Below are positions 57,785 through 64,000 of a stretch of DNA of 64,000 bases, piece by piece; position 1 is the stretch's first letter; each line of letters starts with the position of its first letter. The DNA is from Candidatus Acidiferrales bacterium (lineage in GTDB: Bacteria; Acidobacteriota; Terriglobia; Acidiferrales; UBA7541). The notes under the pieces were generated by a model that was not told the origin of the DNA, searched no databases, and saw only the letters and a list, made by a program, of their open reading frames with translations. The stretch is from NCBI GenBank assembly GCA_963775865.1, contig CAVZKU010000001.1, positions 229,510 through 293,509 of the forward strand. Direction: 5' to 3'. Made by a program: the position numbers and the translations under genes.

Positions 57785-59972
57785 TAGTTGAGTCCTGTAC
57801 TTCCAGCTCCAGGGTTTGCGGGGGTTCATCGACCGCGGCCCCCGGCTCACCTTTCGTATAGGCAACCATCGGATATTGCTCTCGCGGCTTACCGGTTCCG
57901 TTAACGAAACCACCCGCCAACTTCATCAAATGTTCCTGCACGGAAAACCTCTTGCTGCCCTTGGCGGGCCGCACCAGAGTGTACTGCCCATTCGATCCGA
58001 GCACCCTGGCTTTTTGATTGTCTCCCAAGTATGCCGGCAAAATCTCTTTGCAGATTCGCTCGCGCAATTCCCCATCCTTCAATGGAAAAAGTATTTCGAC
58101 TCGTTCGTACAAATTGCGTGGCATCCAGTCTGCGCTTCCCAGATATACCTCGGGCGATCCACCATTCTCGAAATAATAGATACGGCTATGTTCCAGGAAT
58201 CGGCCCACGATGCTTCTGACGCGGATCCGGCTGCTGATCCCTCGCAGTCCCGGAACCAACGTACATTGTCCACGCACGATCAGGTCGATTTCCACTCCCG
58301 CCTGCGAGGCCCGGTACAACGCGCGGATCACTGGAGGATCCACGACGGCGTTGCACTTTGCAATAATCCTCGCGGGCCGACCGCGTCGCGCGTGCCGCGC
58401 TTCGCGGTCGATCTGCGCGATCACGGTTTTGGCCATGTCTTTCGGCGCAACCAGCAGTGGGCGATAATGCGCCTTCTCCGCATACGCCGTCAGGAAATTA
58501 AAAACATCATGTCCAGCGGAGGTAATCGCCGCATCGGAAGTGAATAAGCTCAGGTCACTATAGAAGCGCGCCGTTGCCGGGTTGTAATTCCCCGTGCCCA
58601 GGTGCGCGTATTTTCGAATTTTCCCGTCCGGGTCCTGTCGCACAATCAACGCTAACTTCGCATGTGTTTTCAGGTTTGCCAACCCATAAAACACCTGCAC
58701 ACCCACATCTTCCAGGCTGCGCGCCCACCGGATATTCGACGCTTCGTCAAAGCTGGCCTTCAACTCGACCACCACGGTGACTTCTTTCTTGCCGGCCGCT
58801 TCCAGCAGCGCCTGGGCCACCGGTGAGTCCGAGCTCGTCCGGTACAGGGTCTGCTTCATCGAGAGAACGCGCGGGTCATGCGCCGCCGTCTCCAAGAACT
58901 GCACCACAGGATCGTACGAATCGTAGGGATGGTGCAGCAAAACATCCTGGTGCCGCAGCACTTCAAACATGGAATCGGGGTCATGGCCGATGTGTACCTG
59001 CCGGGGCACAAACTTCCCATACTTCAAATCGGGCCGCGGCGTCTCTTCGTACAGGTGGAACAGTCTCTGTAGATTCACCGGGCCTGCCACACGAAATACC
59101 AGCGATTCATCCAGTTCAAATGTGCTCACCAGGTGCGAAACGATCTCTGGATGCGCGCCTACCTCGATTTCCAGACGCACCGCTTGGCCCTTGCGCCGTT
59201 GCGCCACCTGCGAATCCACTGCCTCCAGTAATGTCCGTGATTCTTCCTCTTCCAAGTACAAATTGCTGTTGCGCGTGATTCGGAACGCCGCCGAAGCCAG
59301 AATCTCGTAGCCTTTGTAGAGTTTCTCCGCGTAGCGGGAAATAATATCCTGCAAAAACGCAAAGTGAATCCCGCCGTTTCCCGTCGGTACTCGCAGCAGA
59401 CGCGGCAACGCACGCGGTACCGTAACCACTCCAAATAATGGCTTTTCCCCGGAACGCTTGTGTCGGCGCAGCAGGAACGCGATGCACAGGGCTTTGTTCA
59501 GCACATGCGGGAACGGATGCGTGGGATCTACGGTGACCGGGGTCAGCATCGGATAAACGCGCAGGTCATAAAACGTTTTCGCCAGTTGCGCCGCCTTACT
59601 GCTCAACTGGTCGACCGGCAGCACACGGATTTGGTGTTTCGCCAAAGCAGGCAGCAATTCGTCGTTCCAGCATTTATATTGCGCCGCGACGAATTTATGC
59701 ATCGCCTGCGAAACGTGATCCAGTTCCTCCTGCGTCGTCAGCCCGTCCGGACTGATATATTGCGAGCCGTGCTCGATTTTCTGCAGGAAGCCGGACACCC
59801 GGATTTCTACGAATTCGTCCAGATTGTTCGCCGTGATTGCTAGGAACTTCACGCGTTCCAGCAGCGGATTGCGTACGTCGCGCGCTTCTTCGAGCACCCG
59901 CTGGTTAAATGCCATCCACTGCAAGTGGCGATTCAAATACAGCCGGTGATCATCGAGTGCCATGCGAGCCAT
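57771..59972 (-). CDS. ppk1: Polyphosphate kinase 1
   Basis: FNQRVL, NLDEF, DPTHPFP, HHPYDS, KTHAK, GTGNYN, RFLEHSR and SADWMPRN. Confidence 0.96.
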   Translation of the reverse strand: MARMALDDHRLYLNRHLQWMAFNQRVLEEARDVRNPLLERVKFLAITANNLDEFVEIRVSGFLQKIEHGSQYISPDGLTTQEELDHVSQAMHKFVAAQYKCWNDELLPALAKHQIRVLPVDQLSSKAAQLAKTFYDLRVYPMLTPVTVDPTHPFPHVLNKALCIAFLLRRHKRSGEKPLFGVVTVPRALPRLLRVPTGNGGIHFAFLQDIISRYAEKLYKGYEILASAAFRITRNSNLYLEEEESRTLLEAVDSQVAQRRKGQAVRLEIEVGAHPEIVSHLVSTFELDESLVFRVAGPVNLQRLFHLYEETPRPDLKYGKFVPRQVHIGHDPDSMFEVLRHQDVLLHHPYDSYDPVVQFLETAAHDPRVLSMKQTLYRTSSDSPVAQALLEAAGKKEVTVVVELKASFDEASNIRWARSLEDVGVQVFYGLANLKTHAKLALIVRQDPDGKIRKYAHLGTGNYNPATARFYSDLSLFTSDAAITSAGHDVFNFLTAYAEKAHYRPLLVAPKDMAKTVIAQIDREARHARRGRPARIIAKCNAVVDPPVIRALYRASQAGVEIDLIVRGQCTLVPGLRGISSRIRVRSIVGRFLEHSRIYYFENGGSPEVYLGSADWMPRNLYERVEILFPLKDGELRERICKEILPAYLGDNQKARVLGSNGQYTLVRPAKGSKRFSVQEHLMKLAGGFVNGTGKPREQYPMVAYTKGEPGAAVDEPPQTLELEVQDSTNATV

Positions 59973-60069
59973 AAACCATCCTGGGCGAGTGATGACAAGT
60001 ATCTCAGATGTGTTACACGGAGATAAACGGTCGGTCTAGATGCTATGCTTTCTTGCGCCGGGGGGACTT

Positions 60070-61227
60070 ATGCGAAGCGTTGTGGCCCTAAGTTTCTTCT
60101 TTGTTTTCCTTGCCGTCTCCGTTGTGCGGGCACAATCGCCAGACAGCGCCGCGACGGCCAGGATCGATTCCATTTTCTCTGCTCTCATCCAACCGAGCGA
60201 TCCGGGTGTCGCTGTGCTGGTCAAGAAAGACAGCAAGATTCTTTTCGAAAAAGGCTATGGCGTTCGTGAACTGAATTCTCCGGCAAAAATCAGTCCAGAA
60301 ACCAACTTTCGCCTCGCCAGCGTAACCAAGCAGTTCACCGCCATGGCCATTATGCTTCTCGTGCACGACGGAAAGCTTCACTACGGCGATCATCTGACCG
60401 ATGTTTTTCCCGATTTTCCCGCGTATGGACGCGACATTACCATCCGCAATCTCCTCAATCACACTTCCGGCTTGCCGGATTACTCCGAGATCATGGACCA
60501 ACAAGAGAAAAATGGCGGCCCGAAGTGGAGCCCCGACCACCAGATTCAAGATGAAGAGGTCCTGGCGCTTCTGAAAGCACAACCGGTAGGCAAATTCGCG
60601 CCGGGTACCCGGTGGGAATACAGCAACTCGGGCTACGTCGTACTTGGCCGGATCGTGGCAAACGCTTCCGGCATGCCGTACCGCGATTTCTTGCAGCAAC
60701 GCATCTTTGCCCCGCTCAAAATGAATCACACCCTCGCCTACCAGAAGGGCAAAAACACGATCAACGACCGCGCTTTCGGTCACGCGAAAGAAAATGACAA
60801 GCTTGTGGAAACCGATCAGAGTTCCACGTCAGCGACGCTCGGTGATGGGGGAATTTACTCAAACATCTCGGATCTGGCTAAGTGGGATGCGGGCTTGGCA
60901 AACCACACGTTGCTCAGCGAGAAAGAAATGCAGCCGGCACTGACCCCCGTAAAACTTGCGGACGGCAGCTTGCCTCATTGGCCGCGTGATCCTCACGCCA
61001 GCGAGGCAACGCAACCGCCCGCCGTGCTTTATGGCTTTGGCTGGTTCCTCGATCCTTACCATGGGCACGCGCGGAATTATCACGATGGGGGCACCCAGGG
61101 ATTTCGCACTACCATTCAGCGCTTCATCGACCATCACGAGACACTCGTTATCTTGAGCAACCGGACCGACCTGAATCCGGACGAGCTCTCCCTGAAAGTC
61201 GCGGACATCGTATTGGCGGGAAAATAG
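60070..61227 (+). CDS. Serine hydrolase, beta-lactamase class C/AmpC-like family, secreted
   Basis: Signal peptide, ASVTK (SxxK), LLNHTSG, YSN and HDGG. Confidence 0.9.
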   Translation: MRSVVALSFFFVFLAVSVVRAQSPDSAATARIDSIFSALIQPSDPGVAVLVKKDSKILFEKGYGVRELNSPAKISPETNFRLASVTKQFTAMAIMLLVHDGKLHYGDHLTDVFPDFPAYGRDITIRNLLNHTSGLPDYSEIMDQQEKNGGPKWSPDHQIQDEEVLALLKAQPVGKFAPGTRWEYSNSGYVVLGRIVANASGMPYRDFLQQRIFAPLKMNHTLAYQKGKNTINDRAFGHAKENDKLVETDQSSTSATLGDGGIYSNISDLAKWDAGLANHTLLSEKEMQPALTPVKLADGSLPHWPRDPHASEATQPPAVLYGFGWFLDPYHGHARNYHDGGTQGFRTTIQRFIDHHETLVILSNRTDLNPDELSLKVADIVLAGK

Positions 61228-61239
61228 AAAGGCGAAGTT

Positions 61240-62583
61240 TTAGCCCAGGCCTGCCAGTTTGCCCAGGCCCTTCATCTTGACTCGCGCAGCCATGGCGCCG
61301 TACTGCTTCATCATTGTCCGCATCTGCAAATATTGTTTGATTACCTGGTTTACGTCTTGCACGGTGGTGCCGCTGCCCTTGGCGATACGCTTTCGCCGCT
61401 TGCCATCGAGGACATTGTGGTCGCGCCGCTCTTCGTTGGTCATGGAATTGATAATCGCTTCCACCCGCTTCAGTTTGCCTTCGTCCACGGAAGCATCCTT
61501 CGGCAAGTTCTGCAGCGGCCCCACTTTCGGCAGCATATCCACGAGCTGTTCGAGCGGGCCCATCTTGCGGATCTGCCGTAACTGGTCGCGAAAATCTTCC
61601 AGCGTGAACTCTTCCTTGCGCAGCTTGCGTTCCAGCTCCATTGCGGTCTTTTTGTCGAATGCCGATTCGGCCCGTTCAATCAGCGACAGGATGTCGCCCA
61701 TGCCGAGAATGCGCGAAACAATGCGTTCCGGATAAAATCCTTCGAGCGCATCGTACTTTTCACCCAGGCCCACGAACTTCACTGGCGCGCCGGACACTTT
61801 GCTGATCGAAAGCGCTGCGCCGCCTCTCGCGTCCCCATCCAGCTTGGTCAGAATTACGCCCGTCAGTCCTAGCCGTTTATGAAACTCCCCCGCCGAGCGC
61901 ACCGCGTCCTGCCCGATCATGGCGTCCGCAATGAACAGCATTTCGCTTGGTTGCAGTTCTTTCTTCAGCGTGGAGAGTTCATTCATCAACGCGTCGTCGA
62001 TGTGCAAACGCCCCGCCGTGTCCACGATGATCACGTCGCTCGCCGAGAGTTTGGCCTCTTTAATCGCGCCGCGCACAATCTCCAACGGCTTGTCCGTGCC
62101 CGTGCCGGGCCAAAGCGATATGCCAATCGACTTCGCCACCTGGCTTAACTGTTCCCGCGCCGCCGGGCGGTACACGTCCGTGGAAACCACGATCGGCCGG
62201 TGCCCGTGCTGCGCCAGCCATTTCGCCAATTTGCCGGTTGTGGTGGTTTTACCGGAGCCCTGTAATCCCACAATCATCCATACGGATGGCGGCCGCGAGG
62301 CGAACAATGGCTTGGCGTGCTTCCCCAACAAGTTCAACAACTCGTCCCGAACGATCTTCACTACCTGCTGGTCCGGGGAAAGTTGCAGCATCACCTCGCT
62401 GCCCAGCGCCTGCTTTCGGATGTTGGCCAGCAGTTCGTCTGTGACGCCTACGTTGACGTCGCCCTCGAGCAGTGCTTCGCGGATCTCTCCGAGCGCCACA
62501 TCCAGGTGCTCCTCGTTGAGCTTTCCCTGTCCTCGCAGGTTCTTGAATGTACGTTGCAGCCGATCTGTCAGGTTCTCAAACAT
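61240..62583 (-). CDS. ffh: Signal recognition particle protein Ffh
   Basis: GLQGSGKTTT, DTAGR, TKLDGDARGG, ILGMGD, and M domain IINSMT..RIAKGSG. Confidence 0.97.
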   Translation of the reverse strand: MFENLTDRLQRTFKNLRGQGKLNEEHLDVALGEIREALLEGDVNVGVTDELLANIRKQALGSEVMLQLSPDQQVVKIVRDELLNLLGKHAKPLFASRPPSVWMIVGLQGSGKTTTTGKLAKWLAQHGHRPIVVSTDVYRPAAREQLSQVAKSIGISLWPGTGTDKPLEIVRGAIKEAKLSASDVIIVDTAGRLHIDDALMNELSTLKKELQPSEMLFIADAMIGQDAVRSAGEFHKRLGLTGVILTKLDGDARGGAALSISKVSGAPVKFVGLGEKYDALEGFYPERIVSRILGMGDILSLIERAESAFDKKTAMELERKLRKEEFTLEDFRDQLRQIRKMGPLEQLVDMLPKVGPLQNLPKDASVDEGKLKRVEAIINSMTNEERRDHNVLDGKRRKRIAKGSGTTVQDVNQVIKQYLQMRTMMKQYGAMAARVKMKGLGKLAGLG

Positions 62584-63031
62584 GGTCTTTGATGCCCTTT
62601 ATGCACTCCAGGATTGTACCGCCTCGCGTAGAAACGTGCCGCCGGTTACGCCAGATGTGTTCCTCCCACCAGACGTAAACCTGTTGCAGGTGGGTATCCT
62701 TAAAAAAGGTTGGGTATTTCAAGCCGTAGCCCAGCGCGCGGTCAAATCCGATGTGCGCCAGCCAGATGAGCGCAGAGAGACAGCACTGCGGCGCGGCAAA
62801 GACAATCCCTCCGCCAAATAGCAGCAGCGGTCCCGTGAGGGTATGCACCAAGTTGTATGCTGCGGAGCCCAACTTTGCGTCCTTCAGATAGCCCAGCATG
62901 GATAAATCCGGAAACAAGAACAGCATTACGAAGATCCACCAGCGATACTGGCCGGAGTGATAGAAATAAAGCGCGGCGCCAAAGATCGCCGCTCCTTCCA
63001 GCTGCAGGATCCAACGCGGTTTTGTCAGCAT
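62576..63031 (-). CDS. DUF4260 family membrane protein
   Basis: LEGAA, PDLSMLGY, YNLVH and HIGFDRALGYGLKY..FKDTHL. C-terminal tail runs into the ffh start. Confidence 0.85.
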   Translation of the reverse strand: MLTKPRWILQLEGAAIFGAALYFYHSGQYRWWIFVMLFLFPDLSMLGYLKDAKLGSAAYNLVHTLTGPLLLFGGGIVFAAPQCCLSALIWLAHIGFDRALGYGLKYPTFFKDTHLQQVYVWWEEHIWRNRRHVSTRGGTILECIKGIKDHV

Positions 63032-63058
63032 GCGCGAGCTACCTGTTTCCTTGGTGAT

Positions 63059-64000
63059 TTAGAACGACAGTTTGATGCCCAATTGCGCCGCGAAGGGTAT
63101 CCCCACGGTTGTGCCAGGTCCAAAGAAATCTCCGAGAGCCCCGGCAGGGTAGCGCAGTTGGCTCAGGCTGGTGAGCGGTTCCCTAATCGTGCAGGTAGGA
63201 TTCAAACAAATCGCTGTGGCATTCGCCAGGTTGTTTACGGGTGCAGGCAATGACGCGAGGTTCGTGATGAAGAAGGCTCCGGGATTATTACGGTTGAACA
63301 GATTGAAAAATTCTGCGAACGGCATCACGGACCAGCGTTCGTGGATCGTGAACGGACGGCTCACTCGTAGGTCCACCTGAATGTACGGTGTTCCGCGAAA
63401 CTCATCCAGCGTCGTTTCCACTCCGTTGATCACGGCGCGCGTGCCAACTGGCGTGGTCATCGTAAACGGCCGCGCGCTTTCCGCCTGTGCCAAGCCCGAA
63501 ATTTGCATGCTCCCGGGTAGGCGGAATGTCCCGGCAAACACAAATCGGTTACGTACATCCTCGCCCGAGGGTCCATAGTCGCCCGGAGCGAATGCCTCGT
63601 TTGGATGGCAAACTCCGTTCACATAGTCGAACAACTCTCCCAGAACGCAACCCCAGGTCTTCGCCGACGAAAGTGTGTAATGCGCTGTCACGTTGACGCG
63701 GGGCGACACATTCCCCTGCACCCGCAGCGACAGCCCGTCATATGCGGAGCGGTTGTCGGAGCGGAACACCGCTGCCTCGGCATACTCGTATCGCCGGTAA
63801 CCGTGCATTCCGGTTTCCCGTGTGTAGTCCGCGCCAATCATCCAATTGGCGTTAAAAGCGTGCTGAACTCCCACTGTCGCCTGCAGGGCATACGGCGTGT
63901 GGTAATTCGGATCGATCAACGAGGGAGTGGTCACGCCATTTTGCAAGCTGCCCGCATTGACGGATTGCAATGCGGTGACCCAGCCATTTTGCGCCAGATC
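63059..64000 (-). CDS. TonB-dependent receptor (Oar-like), C-terminal part; truncated by window edge
   Basis: Beta-barrel strands, DVRNRFV, VDLRVSR, EFFNLFN and terminal QLGIKLSF. Confidence 0.85.
   Translation of the reverse strand, partial: DLAQNGWVTALQSVNAGSLQNGVTTPSLIDPNYHTPYALQATVGVQHAFNANWMIGADYTRETGMHGYRRYEYAEAAVFRSDNRSAYDGLSLRVQGNVSPRVNVTAHYTLSSAKTWGCVLGELFDYVNGVCHPNEAFAPGDYGPSGEDVRNRFVFAGTFRLPGSMQISGLAQAESARPFTMTTPVGTRAVINGVETTLDEFRGTPYIQVDLRVSRPFTIHERWSVMPFAEFFNLFNRNNPGAFFITNLASLPAPVNNLANATAICLNPTCTIREPLTSLSQLRYPAGALGDFFGPGTTVGIPFAAQLGIKLSF

Noticed and set aside
60070-61227. Antibiotic-resistance beta-lactamase
   Set aside because: SxxK/YxN hydrolases of this family are mostly esterases or peptidases, and nothing here specifically supports AmpC activity.
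1-64000. Many long antisense or alternate-frame ORFs (e.g. 11997-12923, 13483-14577, 19218-20342, 27938-28924, 30522-31490, 61919-62821)
   Set aside because: They overlap well-supported genes, lack family motifs, and are expected shadows in GC-rich DNA.
1-64000. CRISPR array, tRNA (including tRNA-Sec), rRNA, SRP RNA near ffh, prophage
   Set aside because: By eye I found no regularly spaced repeats, cloverleaf/T-loop signatures, SRP GGAA-loop motif or phage genes.

Overview
GC-rich bacterial chromosomal window of mostly core genes. The gene content points to Acidobacteriota (inference): Oar-type TonB-dependent receptors, a Hanks kinase-TPR protein, a FecR/DUF6600 protein and an SgmX-like TPR protein. 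It holds pyrimidine genes (pyrF, pyrD, pyrR-pyrB-pyrC), selB, methylmalonyl-CoA mutase, maf, thiD, thiE, gdhA, serS, glmM, rnhB, rpsP-khpA-rimM-trmD-rplS, ffh, ppk1, sthA and many secreted hydrolases. I found no tRNA, rRNA, CRISPR array or prophage. The most unusual items are five. (1) A TatA/E-type Tat subunit is fused in frame to a complete fibronectin type III domain, directly downstream of selB. (2) The ~800-bp serS-glmM gap contains a candidate sigma54-driven ~110-nt structured sRNA with helically phased upstream repeats, converging on a 27-aa hydrophobic peptide gene with its own terminator. (3) A 57-aa CxxC/CPxC zinc-ribbon gene was missed by the ORF track. (4) A 267-bp internally deleted ISKra4-like element keeps both terminal inverted repeats and a near-perfect target duplication just upstream of the rpsP promoter. 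(5) Several genes appear leaderless or have very short leaders. All family calls come from motif recognition by eye; no database search was run.
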